Assembly: GCA_964527155.1 (NCBI GenBank)
Contig: CAZGNP010000001.1
Span: 42,124 to 106,123 of the forward strand
Source: an uncultured Aquiluna sp.
GTDB lineage: Bacteria; Actinomycetota; Actinomycetes; Actinomycetales; Microbacteriaceae
Direction of reading: 5' to 3'
DNA length: 64,000 nucleotides
Part shown: piece by piece, positions 40,572 to 52,071 of the stretch
Layout: every line of letters starts with the position of its first letter
Position numbering within the stretch: position 1 is the first letter of the stretch
The notes under the pieces: model-generated
What the model was told of the DNA's origin: nothing
Seen by the model: the letters and a program-made list of their open reading frames with translations, nothing else
Database searches by the model: none
Translations under genes and position numbers: made by a program

Positions 40572-43500
40572 TGATCACCTCCAGTATTTGCGTCCAGACC
40601 TCCTGGCCATCGGGTTCATGGCCAAGCTCAATTGCCTTAGATTGAATTTCCAAAACTCGGGCATAGTCGCGAGGAAGTATCTTTGTAAAGTTCCTGACTT
40701 CATCCGCAAAGTTGGCCAAGATAGCATGAGCAACGGCTGACTGCGTCTCCTCTAGATGCCTCTGGATAAGGCTCTTTAGTTCTAGTTTGTCTGACTCCGA
40801 GAGTGCGCTGAGACTAATCTCGCCCATTTGAATGGCTTCTCTATTTACTTTTGACTCTGCGAGTTTGTAGACGTATGCGATGCCACCGCTCATGCCCGCT
40901 GCAAGATTTATTCCTGTTCTTCCGAGGATCACGGCTCTGCCACCGGTCATGTATTCGAGCCCATGATCCCCAACGCCCTCAACCACTGCAGAAGCCCCAG
41001 AGTTTCTCACCAGGAATCTTTCGCCCACAACGCCGTTCAAGTAAATTTCACCACCGGTTGCCCCATAGCCGATCACGTTTCCCGCAATCACATTCTCACT
41101 TGCCACGAAGCCGCTTCCGATTGGTGGCTTGACTACTACAATCCCGCCCGACAATCCCTTGGCAACGTAATCGTTGCAATCCCCTTCGACCACGAGCTTT
41201 ATTCCTCGCGGTATGAATGCACCAAGCGATTGCCCTGCGCTCCCTTTCAAGTGAAGCTCCAGGGTTGCTGCTGGCAATCCTGCTTCACCCCACCTCTTAG
41301 TAAGTTCATTGCCGAGCATTGCCCCGATTGCCTGATTGGTGTTGTTTATTTCCTTCTCAATCAATACGGCCTTGCCGTATGCGAGCGCGGGTGCGGCCTC
41401 GGTAAGTAGGGGATAGTCAAAATGACTCTCAATGTCGTGCTCCTGCACAGTTGTTGATCGAAGAGGTGAGGCACCTTGGATGTTTTTAGCCGCGAAGATC
41501 GGGGCAAGATCCATTCCATCAGCCTTCCAGTGCCTTATTGCACGGTTGGTGTCGAGCAACTCAACATGCCCTACGGCTTCAGCCAAAGTTCTGAATCCTA
41601 ACGCCGCTAAATACTCTCTTACTTCCTGGGCGAGAAATTCAAAGAAGTTAACGACATGCTCGGCCTGTCCCCGGAATCGCTTTCGAAGTTCGGGGTTCTG
41701 CGTTGCAACGCCGACCGGGCAAGTGTCTAGGTGGCAGACGCGCATCAAAATACAGCCCTCGACAACCAGTGGTGCGGTTGCAAAGCCAAACTCCTCAGCA
41801 CCCAAAAGTGCCGCAATGATTACATCGCGACCGGTCTTCATTTGGCCATCGACCTGAACAACTATTCGGTCTCGCAGACCATTAAGCAGTAGGGTCTGTT
41901 GAGCTTCGGCAAGTCCCAACTCCCAAGGCGTCCCGGCGTGCTTCAGCGAATTGAGCGGACTGGCGCCCGTTCCACCATCGTGACCCGAGATTAGAACTAC
42001 GTCCGCTTTGGCCTTGGCAACGCCAGCCGCTACGGTGCCTACTCCAAATTGACTGACCAACTTAACGTTGATTCGAGCAGCGCGGTTTGCGCGCTTTAAA
42101 TCAAAAATTAGCTGCTTTAGGTCTTCAATCGAGTAAATGTCGTGGTGAGGAGGTGGGGAAATGAGACCAACACCGGGCGTGGAGTGCCTTAGCTCTGCGA
42201 TCCATGGGTAGACCTTATTTGGTGGAAGCTGACCACCCTCGCCTGGTTTCGCTCCCTGAGCCATCTTGATTTGTATGTCATCAGCGTGCGTTAGATACAT
42301 TGAAGTGACGCCAAATCTGCCCGATGCAACTTGCTTCACAGCCGATCGGCGAGCTGGGTCCAATAGGCGATCAGTAGATTCCCCGCCCTCACCAGTGTTG
42401 CTCCTTGCACCCAATTTGTTCATGGCAATCGCCAGCACCTCATGTGCCTCAGGGGAAATTGCGCCCATCGACATTGCTCCAGTTGAGAAGCGTTTGACAA
42501 TTTCCGATACTGGCTCGACTTCGTCAATAGATATTGGTTTGCGCTCATTAAGCTTCAGTTCAAAAAGGCCACGAAGTGTCATCAAGCGTTCTGATTGGTC
42601 GTCGACCGCCTTGGTGTATTGCTTGAAAATGTCGTACCGCTTTGACTTGGTTGAATGTTGTAGCTTGAAGACTGTTTCGGGATTAAACAAGTGCGGAGGG
42701 CCTTCTCGGCGCCACTTCATCTCTCCACCCACCTCAAGTGGCAAATGAGCTTTTGTCGCACCTTCTAGCGGGTAGGCAGCTCGATGCCGTTGCTCGATTT
42801 CCTGTGCGAGAATTTCGATGCCAACTCCCCCAAGTTTGGAGGTAGTTCCGGTGAAGTATTTGTCAACCAGATCTTGGGCAAGTCCTATGGCCTCGAAAGT
42901 TTGTGCAGCTGCATACGACGCAACGGTAGAAATACCCATCTTGCTCATGATCTTCAGCACGCCTTTGCCAAGGGCTTTAATCATGTTTTTACTTGAACGC
43001 TCCGCGGTGATACCTGTAATGATGCCTCGAACCACAAGGTCCTCAGCCGTTTCGAGCGCCAGGTAAGGATTAATGGCAGAGGCACCATAGCCAATAAGGG
43101 TTGCCATGTGGTGGACGTCTCTTGCGTCACCACACTCCACCACCAGACCGACCATCATTCGATCGCCCTTGCGAATTAGGTGATGATGGATTGCGGAAAG
43201 GCTCAGAAGTGAAGGAATTGGCGCTAGTTCTCTATTCGAGTCGCGGTCAGAGAGGACCAGGAAAGTTGCACCGTTTGCAATTGCGGAATCGACCTCTGCG
43301 CAGATCTCAGCTAATCGCTCCTCTAAAGCAGCAGAGCCTTCATCAACTCTATAGAGACAGGAAATAGTTACAGACTTGCCAATGTTATTTGCCTTATCGA
43401 TGTGCTTGATTCGAGCAAGCTCGTCGTTACTAAGAATTGGATAATCTAGAACCATCTGTTTGGCGTGCTCAGGGGTGGCGGTCAACAGATTTCTGACGGG

Positions 43501-45105
43501 ACCAATAGCGGCCGTCATTGATGTGACAACTTCTTCCCGAATCGCATCGAGTGGTGGGTTGGTTACCTGCGCAAATTGCTGAACAAAGTAGTCAAAAAGG
43601 AGTCTAGGGCGGTCCGATATGGCTGCTATTGGTGTGTCAGTCCCCATAGCACCAATCGGCTCTTGGCCCGCTCTGGCCATGGGAGTAATGAACTCCTTGA
43701 TGTCCTCCTCTGTATAACCAAAAACTCGCTGCCTTCGGTTCACAGAAGTTGATGAATAGCGGACATGCTCGCGCTCCGGCAAATCCTTGAGATTTATCCT
43801 TGACTGCTCTAACCATTCACCCCAAGGCTCCAGCGATGCAACTTCCGCCTTTATCTGCTCGTCTTCAATAATGACCCCGGCCTTGGTGTCGATCAGGAAC
43901 ATCTTGCCGGGTTGAAGTCTGCCCTTACGAACGATTCGATCGGGAGTGATCGAAGAGACTCCAATTTCGGAAGCAAGAATGATTAGTCCATCCTCGGTCA
44001 CGATGAATCGACCCGGACGAAGACCATTGCGGTCAAGGGTGGCGCCAACGAGATCGCCGTCTGTGAAGACAACTGCAGCTGGTCCATCCCAGGGCTCCAT
44101 AAGCATCGAGTGGTACTCGAAAAAATCTCTGACCTGAGGGTCAAGATCCAATTGCTTCTCCCAGGCCCCTGGAATCATCATCATCATGGCGTGCGGAAGT
44201 GAACGACCCCCCAGCACCAATAGTTCGAGAACCTCATCGAAGGTCGCGCTGTCAGACGCACCTGGCGTCACAATGGGCTTAAGTTGATCGATGTTTCCTA
44301 GCAAGTCGCTTGCCAGCTGTGATTCTCTGGCGGCCATCCAGTTCGCATTTCCCTTTACAGTGTTTATTTCTCCGTTATGTGCAATAAACCGGAAGGGATG
44401 AGCGAGTGGCCAAGACGGGAAGGTGTTAGTTGAAAAACGCGAGTGCACCAACGCTAGCTTTGAAACAAACCGCTCGTCCGATAGGTCAGGATAGAACGGC
44501 TCCAGTTGTAAGGTCGTCACCATTCCTTTGTAGACGATGGTTCGCGTGGATAGAGACGGAAAGTAGATGCCAATCTCACGTTCGGAACGCTTTCTCAGTC
44601 GGAATAATCTTCGTTCTAGTTCCAAACCTGAGGCGTCTCCCCCAACGAATACTTGCTCAATCAGTGGCATGGCTGCACGAGCTAATTCGCCTAAAACCTC
44701 GGGACGGATTGGCACCTGACGCCAACCAAGAATGTTTAGGCCCTCCTCATGCGCGATTTGCTCAAATGCCTTTTTCTCCGATTCAACGCTGGTTCCCAAA
44801 AATGCCAGGCCGGCTCCGTAATGACCCGGTAACGGTAAGTCGAAATCAAGAATGTCTCTAAAAAAAGCGTCCGGTAATTGTGTGAGAATTCCAGCCCCAT
44901 CACCGGTTCCAGCATCAGAGCCAACAGCTCCTCTGTGTTCAAGATTACGAAGTGCGCTTAGAGCTGTTTCGACAATGTCGTGTCCAGCTGTTCCTCGAAG
45001 TGTTGCCACCATGGCGAGTCCGCAGGCATCTTTCTCCGCGCTTGGGTCATACAAACCCTGCGCTTCAGGCACTAGCGAATAGCGCTTGAACGGAGAAATA
45101 GTCAA
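40564..45105 (-). CDS. gltB: Glutamate synthase large subunit
   Basis: 1513 aa. Ntn-amidotransferase Cys (KDACGLAM), FMN domain, 3Fe-4S motif [13 protein letters not shown] and C-terminal GXGXG beta-helix. TTG start with GGAG 5 nt upstream. Confidence 0.95.
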   Translation of the reverse strand: MTISPFKRYSLVPEAQGLYDPSAEKDACGLAMVATLRGTAGHDIVETALSALRNLEHRGAVGSDAGTGDGAGILTQLPDAFFRDILDFDLPLPGHYGAGLAFLGTSVESEKKAFEQIAHEEGLNILGWRQVPIRPEVLGELARAAMPLIEQVFVGGDASGLELERRLFRLRKRSEREIGIYFPSLSTRTIVYKGMVTTLQLEPFYPDLSDERFVSKLALVHSRFSTNTFPSWPLAHPFRFIAHNGEINTVKGNANWMAARESQLASDLLGNIDQLKPIVTPGASDSATFDEVLELLVLGGRSLPHAMMMMIPGAWEKQLDLDPQVRDFFEYHSMLMEPWDGPAAVVFTDGDLVGATLDRNGLRPGRFIVTEDGLIILASEIGVSSITPDRIVRKGRLQPGKMFLIDTKAGVIIEDEQIKAEVASLEPWGEWLEQSRINLKDLPEREHVRYSSTSVNRRQRVFGYTEEDIKEFITPMARAGQEPIGAMGTDTPIAAISDRPRLLFDYFVQQFAQVTNPPLDAIREEVVTSMTAAIGPVRNLLTATPEHAKQMVLDYPILSNDELARIKHIDKANNIGKSVTISCLYRVDEGSAALEERLAEICAEVDSAIANGATFLVLSDRDSNRELAPIPSLLSLSAIHHHLIRKGDRMMVGLVVECGDARDVHHMATLIGYGASAINPYLALETAEDLVVRGIITGITAERSSKNMIKALGKGVLKIMSKMGISTVASYAAAQTFEAIGLAQDLVDKYFTGTTSKLGGVGIEILAQEIEQRHRAAYPLEGATKAHLPLEVGGEMKWRREGPPHLFNPETVFKLQHSTKSKRYDIFKQYTKAVDDQSERLMTLRGLFELKLNERKPISIDEVEPVSEIVKRFSTGAMSMGAISPEAHEVLAIAMNKLGARSNTGEGGESTDRLLDPARRSAVKQVASGRFGVTSMYLTHADDIQIKMAQGAKPGEGGQLPPNKVYPWIAELRHSTPGVGLISPPPHHDIYSIEDLKQLIFDLKRANRAARINVKLVSQFGVGTVAAGVAKAKADVVLISGHDGGTGASPLNSLKHAGTPWELGLAEAQQTLLLNGLRDRIVVQVDGQMKTGRDVIIAALLGAEEFGFATAPLVVEGCILMRVCHLDTCPVGVATQNPELRKRFRGQAEHVVNFFEFLAQEVREYLAALGFRTLAEAVGHVELLDTNRAIRHWKADGMDLAPIFAAKNIQGASPLRSTTVQEHDIESHFDYPLLTEAAPALAYGKAVLIEKEINNTNQAIGAMLGNELTKRWGEAGLPAATLELHLKGSAGQSLGAFIPRGIKLVVEGDCNDYVAKGLSGGIVVVKPPIGSGFVASENVIAGNVIGYGATGGEIYLNGVVGERFLVRNSGASAVVEGVGDHGLEYMTGGRAVILGRTGINLAAGMSGGIAYVYKLAESKVNREAIQMGEISLSALSESDKLELKSLIQRHLEETQSAVAHAILANFADEVRNFTKILPRDYARVLEIQSKAIELGHEPDGQEVWTQILEVING

Positions 45106-45159
45106 TTCAACTCCAATCGAACTCTCAGAAAACTGGGACGTCGTTGGCCCGAAATGAAT

Positions 45160-46053
45160 TTATTTAGTCTGCTCCGATTCGGAGCTATTTGCTGGTTCAG
45201 CTTCCAAAACAGGTTCTCTGTCTGGACGCCAAATCGAGGGTTCAAAGCCAGGGTGTCGGCGAGATTGAACCGTGAAGAGGATTATGCCCAAGGTCAATCC
45301 GATCAGCGCTGACCAGATATTTAGCCTAAGGCCAAGAATAATCTCACTTGGGTCAATTCGGATAGCTTCTATCCAGATTCGGCCGAAGGAATATATGACC
45401 AAATAGAGGGCAAAGACCTTGCCCCATTGCAGATTCAGCTTGCTTCCAAGCAGCAGCAGCAAGGCAGCGCCAGTAAAGTTCCAAATCATTTCGTAGGCAA
45501 AGGTCGGGTGGAATAGGAGTCCATCCGGTAGGCCCACCGGATAAGCGGGGTTGCTGCTGGGAATTTGAAGCCCCCAGGGCATGGTGGTTGGCAGACCGAA
45601 GAGCTCTTTATTGAAATAGTTGCCCAATCTTCCTATGCCTTGTGCAATCAAAAGCCCTGGCGCTATGGCGTCTGCAACTGTCCAGAACCGCAGGCCAAGT
45701 TGTCTAGTGGCGATAAATACACCCACCGCACCAAGCGAGATGGCGCCATAAATGGCAAGTCCGCCCTCCCAAATTCGAAGCGTTGCCAACAAATCGGCAC
45801 CTTCGAAGAAGTAATCATCGGGATGCGTTATGACGTGGAAGAACCTGCCACCAAGAATTCCGAATGGCACCGCCCACAGAGCAATGTCGAGCATGGTTCC
45901 CTTTGGCGCCCCGCGCTTGGCTAATTTGTAGTCGGCAAGCCAGGTTGCTAGGGCAATACCAATCAGGATGAAGAGTGCATAAAAATGAATGCGAAAAATT
46001 CCAAGGTCAATAAACGAAACCTCGGGAGAGGGGATGCCAACGGTCTCAAGCAT
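45160..46053 (-). CDS. lgt: Prolipoprotein diacylglyceryl transferase
   Basis: 297-aa polytopic protein. GGRFFH.., GRLGNYFNKELFG and HPTFAYE motifs. Conserved position after trpA. Confidence 0.9.
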   Translation of the reverse strand: MLETVGIPSPEVSFIDLGIFRIHFYALFILIGIALATWLADYKLAKRGAPKGTMLDIALWAVPFGILGGRFFHVITHPDDYFFEGADLLATLRIWEGGLAIYGAISLGAVGVFIATRQLGLRFWTVADAIAPGLLIAQGIGRLGNYFNKELFGLPTTMPWGLQIPSSNPAYPVGLPDGLLFHPTFAYEMIWNFTGAALLLLLGSKLNLQWGKVFALYLVIYSFGRIWIEAIRIDPSEIILGLRLNIWSALIGLTLGIILFTVQSRRHPGFEPSIWRPDREPVLEAEPANSSESEQTK

Positions 46054-46057
46054 TCGC

Positions 46058-46837
46058 CTAGTCTAAACCACTAGCCAGCTCGATTACCTTTTCACGGAGG
46101 GCTTCTAATCCACCTTCTTCATAGGCATTGATAAATGCCGTGCCAACAATTGCACCGTCAGCGTAGGTGTTTACCTCACGCACTTGCTCGGCTGTCGAAA
46201 CGCCCACGCCCACACATGCTGGACGGTCTCCAGCCTGTCGGATACGAGATACGACCTGGCGCGCCAAGGAATCGAGTTGGGCTCGCTCACCAGTTATTCC
46301 CATTGTTGAAACAGCATAAATGAAGCCTCGAGACGCTGAATGTGCCTGCGCAACTCTTTCGACGCTGCTGCTAGGCGCAGCTAAAAAGACTCTTTCCAAG
46401 TTCAGCTGCTCGCTGACGTCAATCCACTCCTTAGCTTCATCCGGTATTAGATCTGGCGTAATTATTCCCTGACCACCAGAGGCAGCCAAATCACTTGCGA
46501 ACGCCTTTATGCCGTAGGCGAGAATTGGATTCCAATAGCTCATGACCAGGATTGGCACTTCGCTACGCGCTCTGACAGCCTTGATGATTTCAAATACCTT
46601 TGAAATTTTGAAACCGTTTTGCAATGCCTTTTCGGTGGCTCGTTGGATGACTGGACCATCCATCACGGGGTCCGAATAGGGAATTCCAATCTCGAGGGCG
46701 TTGCAGCCGTTATCTGCCATCGAAACAAGTGCTTTGATTGACTCGTCAACCGTTGGGTATCCGGCTGGGAAGTAGCCAATCAGGCTGCCTTTCGACTTGG
46801 CAGATCTATCTCTAAGAACTTTCTCAACTGCAATCAC
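46058..46837 (-). CDS. trpA: Tryptophan synthase alpha chain
   Basis: 259 aa. [18 protein letters not shown] motif. GTG start overlaps the trpB stop (GTGA). Confidence 0.93.
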   Translation of the reverse strand: MIAVEKVLRDRSAKSKGSLIGYFPAGYPTVDESIKALVSMADNGCNALEIGIPYSDPVMDGPVIQRATEKALQNGFKISKVFEIIKAVRARSEVPILVMSYWNPILAYGIKAFASDLAASGGQGIITPDLIPDEAKEWIDVSEQLNLERVFLAAPSSSVERVAQAHSASRGFIYAVSTMGITGERAQLDSLARQVVSRIRQAGDRPACVGVGVSTAEQVREVNTYADGAIVGTAFINAYEEGGLEALREKVIELASGLD

Positions 46838-48030
46838 AACAGACCAAAATATCGTCCAGCGGTTTCCATGTCCTTGTCGCCGCGACCTGAGAGATTTACC
46901 AGCACGGATGATCCACTTGGCAAAACCTGACCGAGGTGCTTGATGCCTGCAAGAGCGTGTGCAGTTTCAATAGCCGGAATGATGCCCTCTGTCTGAGACA
47001 GTAGCCTCATAGCTTCCATCGCTTCGTCATCGGTGATTCCGAGATACTTTGCTCGTCCAAGATCCTTTAGGAACGCATGCTCCGGCCCGACACCCGGGTA
47101 GTCAAGCCCAGCTGAGATGCTATGCGATTCGCTGGTTTGTCCATCTTCATCCTGAAGAACATAAGTCTTCGCTCCATGCAAGACGCCCTGTGAGCCCTTT
47201 GAAAGGGTTGCGGCGTGCAACGCTGTTTCAATTCCATTACCAGCCGCCTCGAAGCCCCACAGCTGGACAGCTGCATCGTCAATAAATCCATGGAAGATCC
47301 CAATTGCATTTGAGCCTCCCCCAACGCATGCAGCAACGGCGGTAGGAAGCTCTCCAATTAGTTCAAGAATTTGCTGCCGGGATTCCTTACCGATCACTGA
47401 GTGAAAATCCCGCACCATTGTTGGAAATGGATGTGGTCCGGCGACAGTTCCTAGCAAGTAATGTGTGGTGTCGACGTTGGCCACCCAGTCCCGCATCGCT
47501 TCATTAATAGCATCTTTTAGGGTTCTGGAACCTGTGGTGACCGGCACGACTTGAGCACCAAGTAGTTTCATTCGAGCGACATTGAGAGCCTGTCGCTGAG
47601 TGTCGACTTCTCCCATGTAAACGACACACTCAAGACCAAAGTAAGCGGCCGCAGTGGCGGAGGCCACCCCGTGCTGCCCGGCCCCAGTTTCTGCAATTAT
47701 GCGAGTTTTACCCATACGTTTGGTTAGCAGAGCTTGACCCATCACATTGTTTATCTTGTGGCTACCAGTGTGGTTTAGGTCCTCTCGCTTTAGGAAAACC
47801 CTTAGGTCACCAAGTGAGCGTGCGAATCGATCGGCTTCGGTAATGATTGAAGGTCGTCCAGTGTAAGTCTTGTGTAGATGATCTAATTCCGCTTGAAAAG
47901 CTGGATCTTTTCTAGCCGCCAGATAGACATTTTCAAGTTGGTCGAGAGCTTCAATTAGAGGCTCAGGAACAAACCTGCCTCCGTATGCGCCAAAGTAGGG
48001 GCCTACGGTGTTGGATAGGTTTTCCTGCAT
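46834..48030 (-). CDS. trpB: Tryptophan synthase beta chain
   Basis: 398 aa. PLP-lysine motif [11 protein letters not shown] and GGGSNAIG. Confidence 0.95.
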   Translation of the reverse strand: MQENLSNTVGPYFGAYGGRFVPEPLIEALDQLENVYLAARKDPAFQAELDHLHKTYTGRPSIITEADRFARSLGDLRVFLKREDLNHTGSHKINNVMGQALLTKRMGKTRIIAETGAGQHGVASATAAAYFGLECVVYMGEVDTQRQALNVARMKLLGAQVVPVTTGSRTLKDAINEAMRDWVANVDTTHYLLGTVAGPHPFPTMVRDFHSVIGKESRQQILELIGELPTAVAACVGGGSNAIGIFHGFIDDAAVQLWGFEAAGNGIETALHAATLSKGSQGVLHGAKTYVLQDEDGQTSESHSISAGLDYPGVGPEHAFLKDLGRAKYLGITDDEAMEAMRLLSQTEGIIPAIETAHALAGIKHLGQVLPSGSSVLVNLSGRGDKDMETAGRYFGLL

Positions 48031-48039
48031 TTGTAGATT

Positions 48040-48813
48040 CTACGAGACGGAAACGATCTGTGGTATCAGCGCTCTCCAGTCACCGGTCACCAGTGCCTCT
48101 CCAACTAGCACAACATCCGCCCCAGCGGACCGATATCTGCGAACATCATCAATAGTTCTTACCGATGATTCAGCTATTGCCACGGCGTCCTTCGGAAGCC
48201 GATTTACCAGCGTTTCAAAGAGCCCCAGGTCGGTCTTGAAGGTCTGCAAATCCCTTGTGTTTATGCCAATTAGACGAGCGCCCAATTCGCCAGCGGTAGC
48301 GATCTCTCCTTCCGTGTGCGTCTCGAAAAGAACCCCGAGTCCCAGGCTTGCTGAGAACTGAGATAGCTCTGCTGCGCGTTCTTTCGATAAATACGACAGG
48401 ATCAGCAGCACAAATGAAGCCCCAGCGAGTCGAGCTTCAAGGATCTGATATTCGTTTGATATGAAGTCTTTTCGCAAGGTTGGTATCGAGACTGCTCTCG
48501 ACGACTCCGCTAAGTCCTCTAGCCGACCTCGGAAGCCCGAACTCTCTGTCAAGACTGAGATTGCATCTGCTCCGCTTTGCTGGTAACCAATAGCAAGCTC
48601 AGCTGCTTTTGGTATTTCAGCCAGAAACCCCTTGGAAGGGCTAGCACGCTTTATTTCAGCAATGAGTCGAATTCGGTCAATTTTTGCAAGATGCTCATAC
48701 ACATTCATGGGCCGTGGAACGCTCGCTATTTCATTCATGAGCTGATCAAAGGGCCTAAGAGCTTGGCGAGCGGTCGCATCGAGGGCGGCCTGCTGAAAAA
48801 GAGAGTCCAGCAC
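48040..48813 (-). CDS. trpC: Indole-3-glycerol phosphate synthase
   Basis: IAEIKRASPSKG, LRKDF and INTRDL motifs. I start it at GTG 48813 ((M)LDSLFQQ..., 257 aa), overlapping the upstream stop by 1 nt. The track ORF is over-extended. Confidence 0.9.
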   Translation of the reverse strand: MLDSLFQQAALDATARQALRPFDQLMNEIASVPRPMNVYEHLAKIDRIRLIAEIKRASPSKGFLAEIPKAAELAIGYQQSGADAISVLTESSGFRGRLEDLAESSRAVSIPTLRKDFISNEYQILEARLAGASFVLLILSYLSKERAAELSQFSASLGLGVLFETHTEGEIATAGELGARLIGINTRDLQTFKTDLGLFETLVNRLPKDAVAIAESSVRTIDDVRRYRSAGADVVLVGEALVTGDWRALIPQIVSVS

Positions 48814-49034
48814 TAGTGCTTTGTGTGCTGGCCGTCTACGCCATAGCCAGACTTCTTTAGGTAGTAGCCAAGTCCAACTCCACCTAATGCAAGAGCAGCC
48901 GATAGCCAAACCATAATGGCATTATCAAGGAAGAAAAAGAACGTACCAAGTGAAAATGCAAGTATCACAACCCCGACCGTCGTCCAGGCTGCTATCGAAT
49001 TTCCATGACCAGGTTCTTCGTGATTCTCACTCAT
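48813..49034 (-). CDS. Small two-TM membrane protein with HGxxPAAW-like motif (HGNSIAAW)
   Basis: Start at ATG 49034 (MSENHEEPGHGNSIAAWTTVGVVILAF..., 73 aa). Conserved position between the Trp-associated membrane protein gene and trpC in Actinobacteria, as I recall. Confidence 0.65.
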   Translation of the reverse strand: MSENHEEPGHGNSIAAWTTVGVVILAFSLGTFFFFLDNAIMVWLSAALALGGVGLGYYLKKSGYGVDGQHTKH

Positions 49035-49057
49035 TTGTCCTCCTCGTTCGCTATATC

Positions 49058-49525
49058 TTAGCTTTGTTCTTCCCAAATACCACGAGCATCGAGCTCAGCG
49101 GGCTCACTCATCGTCCGTCTCTTTGCGACCTTCTTCAGAAGCCCAAGGCAAAGCAAAGATGCTATTAGCTGACTAAACCCGAATACGACTGGCGTCGCAA
49201 GTAACTGACCCAGCGAGTTATCGCCAGCTATTCCGGTCATTGACTCTTGCAACGCAATACTTGCCGCGGAACTTGAAAAGTTGGTAGTGAACGAAATGTA
49301 TGCACCAGCCGCAAAGACCACTGAGGCCATTATTCGAAGGATGCGGCTCAATCTGCCATAGAGAGAAATGAGAAGAATCAGAACGCCAAGGGCTGGCAAC
49401 AAAGTCAAAATGTCAGACAGCTCCGCTCCGGTCAGGACGGTTGCTTCAACTTGCACCCAGGGCAACAAGAGCAGCATCCAACTTATAGCGGCATAAACAA
49501 CAATTGCTAATGTCCATTTAGCCAT
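49058..49525 (-). CDS. Trp-operon-associated membrane protein (Rv1610-like)
   Basis: 155 aa, four predicted TM segments. ATG overlaps the trpE 3' end by 8 nt. Position immediately after trpE is typical of this actinobacterial family. Confidence 0.7.
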   Translation of the reverse strand: MAKWTLAIVVYAAISWMLLLLPWVQVEATVLTGAELSDILTLLPALGVLILLISLYGRLSRILRIMASVVFAAGAYISFTTNFSSSAASIALQESMTGIAGDNSLGQLLATPVVFGFSQLIASLLCLGLLKKVAKRRTMSEPAELDARGIWEEQS

Positions 49526-50999
49526 TCGATAAGCCCCTTGCCTTTGTCACTGCCTTTATGACAACGGCGGCTTTTGACAGAGTCTCTTGATACTCCGATT
49601 CGGGAATCGAATCGAGCACTATTCCGGCACCCGCTTGAACAAAAGACTTTCCGTCTCGGATAACCGTTGTTCTGATTGCGATGGCAAGATCAGAGTTCCC
49701 CGCAAAATCAAAATAACCAACTACACCACCAAACAATCCCCGATAACTTGGCTCTAGTTCGGCAATTATTTCCAAGGCTCTTGGTTTGGGCGCTCCAGAT
49801 AGTGTGCCGGCGGGAAACGACGCCAACAGTGCGTCGACAGCGCCCAACCCTTCACGTAGTTCACCTTCAACTGTTGACACCAAATGCATTACATGGCTAA
49901 AACGATGAATTTGCATGAATTCCGACACTTGCAAAGTCTCCGGCCTGCAGACACGCAGTAGGTCATTTCGGGCCAAGTCGACAAGCATAAGGTGCTCACT
50001 ACGTTCTTTCTCATCCGCCAGTAGTTCATTAGCAAGGCGAAGGTCCTCTGCCGCACTGTTACCCCTACGCCTAGAACCGGCAATTGGATGACTTACCACG
50101 TGCCCTGATGAAACCTTTATAAGCGCTTCGGGTGACGAACCGACGATGTCGAAACTTCCTTGCTCATCCTGCATACGTATCAGATACATGTAGGGGCTTG
50201 GATTACTGGCCCTTAGGGCTCTGTAAACATCTAGGGCATCACCATTGAAATCTTGGTCGAATCGCTGCGAGATGACAACCTGGAAAACGTCACCAATCCG
50301 CACATACTCCTTGGCCCGATCAACTGAATGAAGAAAATCAGACTTGGCCATGTTGCTGGAAAAAGTCTCAGGATGAGATTCGATGTTTGTTATCAGTGAA
50401 GATGTTGGTTGCTTAACTTGAGCCTCGAGCTTTTCCAATTCTTCAACGGCACTTTCGTACTTTGAAGCCACGCTACCTTTGCCATCTAGGAAAATGACAC
50501 TAACAAGGACCAACTCCGAATTTTGGTGATCAACAATCACTAGTTCTGAGAACTGCAAAAACGAATAAAGAGGAATGTGGTAATGCTCGAGTTTTCTTGC
50601 CGGAAGATTCTCAAGCTCCTCAGTCAATCCCCAGCTTATAAAGCCGACGAGCCCGGAAGTCAGCGGATATTCACTTGGGGCGCTGCGCCATTGGCTTTGA
50701 AGCTGGCGCAACGCGTCTATTGGATTCTGCGAGAGCGAACCAGACGGTAACGAGCTCTGGATAGAGTCCCATACTGTTTTCGATGATGCGGTGATCTGAC
50801 CGCGATTATTTACCCCAATAAAGGAAAAACGACCCCACACTCCTTGCTCTGCGGATTCCAAGAGAAAAGTATTAGACCTTGATCCACAGAGTTTGTGATA
50901 AAGACCAACTGGCGTTTCTGTTCCCGCAAATAGGCGCTTTGTCACTGGCACAACGTTGTATTTCGCAGCTAACTGTTCAACCTCCAGCAACGAAATCAT
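49518..50999 (-). CDS. trpE: Anthranilate synthase component I
   Basis: LMLVDLARNDLLRV and GTLSGAPKPRALEII motifs. ATG 50999 overlaps the hisI stop (ATGA), giving 493 aa. The track start at 51038 would sit inside hisI. Confidence 0.93.
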   Translation of the reverse strand: MISLLEVEQLAAKYNVVPVTKRLFAGTETPVGLYHKLCGSRSNTFLLESAEQGVWGRFSFIGVNNRGQITASSKTVWDSIQSSLPSGSLSQNPIDALRQLQSQWRSAPSEYPLTSGLVGFISWGLTEELENLPARKLEHYHIPLYSFLQFSELVIVDHQNSELVLVSVIFLDGKGSVASKYESAVEELEKLEAQVKQPTSSLITNIESHPETFSSNMAKSDFLHSVDRAKEYVRIGDVFQVVISQRFDQDFNGDALDVYRALRASNPSPYMYLIRMQDEQGSFDIVGSSPEALIKVSSGHVVSHPIAGSRRRGNSAAEDLRLANELLADEKERSEHLMLVDLARNDLLRVCRPETLQVSEFMQIHRFSHVMHLVSTVEGELREGLGAVDALLASFPAGTLSGAPKPRALEIIAELEPSYRGLFGGVVGYFDFAGNSDLAIAIRTTVIRDGKSFVQAGAGIVLDSIPESEYQETLSKAAVVIKAVTKARGLSNG

Positions 51000-51313
51000 T
51001 GGTGCTCGCCGAAACAGCTCGTATTGCCAAGGTGACAAGTCGGTCCGTGCGGGATTACGCGCGCAAGAATTGCGTCTTTGTCACAGTCCTCCTGGAGAGA
51101 TACTATCTCTAGGAAGTTGCCACTTGTTTCACCCTTCAGCCACCTGCTATTTCTCGAGCGCGAAAAGAGCACGAGCTTTCGTGACTCTAAAGTTTCCGCA
51201 AGCGTCTGCTCGGATGCATATCCAAGCATCAAAATCTCGCCGGAAGAGTTGTCTTGGGCGATGATAGGAATCAGGCCAGACGCGTCATACCTTAGTTGCT
51301 TCAAATCAAACAT
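50996..51313 (-). CDS. hisI: Phosphoribosyl-AMP cyclohydrolase
   Basis: 105 aa. GLIPIIAQD and C-terminal Cys pair (GPTCHLGNTSCF). Confidence 0.9.
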   Translation of the reverse strand: MFDLKQLRYDASGLIPIIAQDNSSGEILMLGYASEQTLAETLESRKLVLFSRSRNSRWLKGETSGNFLEIVSLQEDCDKDAILARVIPHGPTCHLGNTSCFGEHQ

Positions 51314-52071
51314 CAGTTTCTGACTTCCACTCCACTGCGCGCAAGCTCAGCCTTTACTTGTCCAATGGTAAACGAACCTGAGTGAAAGACGCTGGCAGCA
51401 AGAAGGGCATTTGCCCCACTCTGGGCGGCTTCAACGAAGTCCGAAAGCTCTCCAGCGCCGCCAGACGCGACTAAAGGTAGATCGCACATTTCCCTCACTG
51501 AACTCATTAGCTCAATGTCAAATCCCTGCCTTGTCCCGTCTGCGTCAATTGAATTCACCAAGAGTTCACCAGCGCCTCTCTCTGCTACCTCGCAAATCCA
51601 ATCGAATGCATCGAGGTCCGTCTCCTGGGTCCCACCCATCCGCGTTACGACAAAACCAGACTTTGAAACGCCTCGCTTGACGTCGAGAGACAGAACCAAT
51701 ACCTGCGAGCCGAATTGGTTGGCAATTTGATCAATAATATCCGGATTGGTCACTGCGGCCGTACCGATCGACACCTTGTCTGCTCCAGCAGCTAAGAGAC
51801 GCTTGACGTCGTCGCTGGAGCGAACTCCCCCGCCCACTGTCAATGGCACAAAGGTCGCTTCGGCGCAGCTCTGGACAACCCCCAGCATTGCTGATCGGCC
51901 CTCTATAGATGCTGAAATGTCCAGCAGAGTAATCTCATCCGCTCCCTGATTAAAATACAGCTCTGCTAATTCGACTGGATCCGCAACGTCCTGCAGATTC
52001 TGAAATTGGACTCCTTTTACAACGCGACCGTCTTGTACATCCAGGCAAGGAATGATTCTTAATGCGGGCAC
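51313..52071 (-). CDS. hisF: Imidazole glycerol phosphate synthase cyclase subunit
   Basis: 252 aa. RIIPCLDVQDGRVVKG, GADKVSIGTAAV and ASGGAG motifs. GTG start overlaps the hisG stop by 1 nt. Confidence 0.95.
   Translation of the reverse strand: MPALRIIPCLDVQDGRVVKGVQFQNLQDVADPVELAELYFNQGADEITLLDISASIEGRSAMLGVVQSCAEATFVPLTVGGGVRSSDDVKRLLAAGADKVSIGTAAVTNPDIIDQIANQFGSQVLVLSLDVKRGVSKSGFVVTRMGGTQETDLDAFDWICEVAERGAGELLVNSIDADGTRQGFDIELMSSVREMCDLPLVASGGAGELSDFVEAAQSGANALLAASVFHSGSFTIGQVKAELARSGVEVRN

Noticed and set aside
45127-45150. Hairpin-like GGGCC-AACGAC-GTCCC followed by AGTTTTCT after lgt, as a terminator.
   Set aside because: Only 4 of 5 stem pairs and an interrupted T-run. Too weak to call, although it sits in the largest gap (54 nt) of the gene train.
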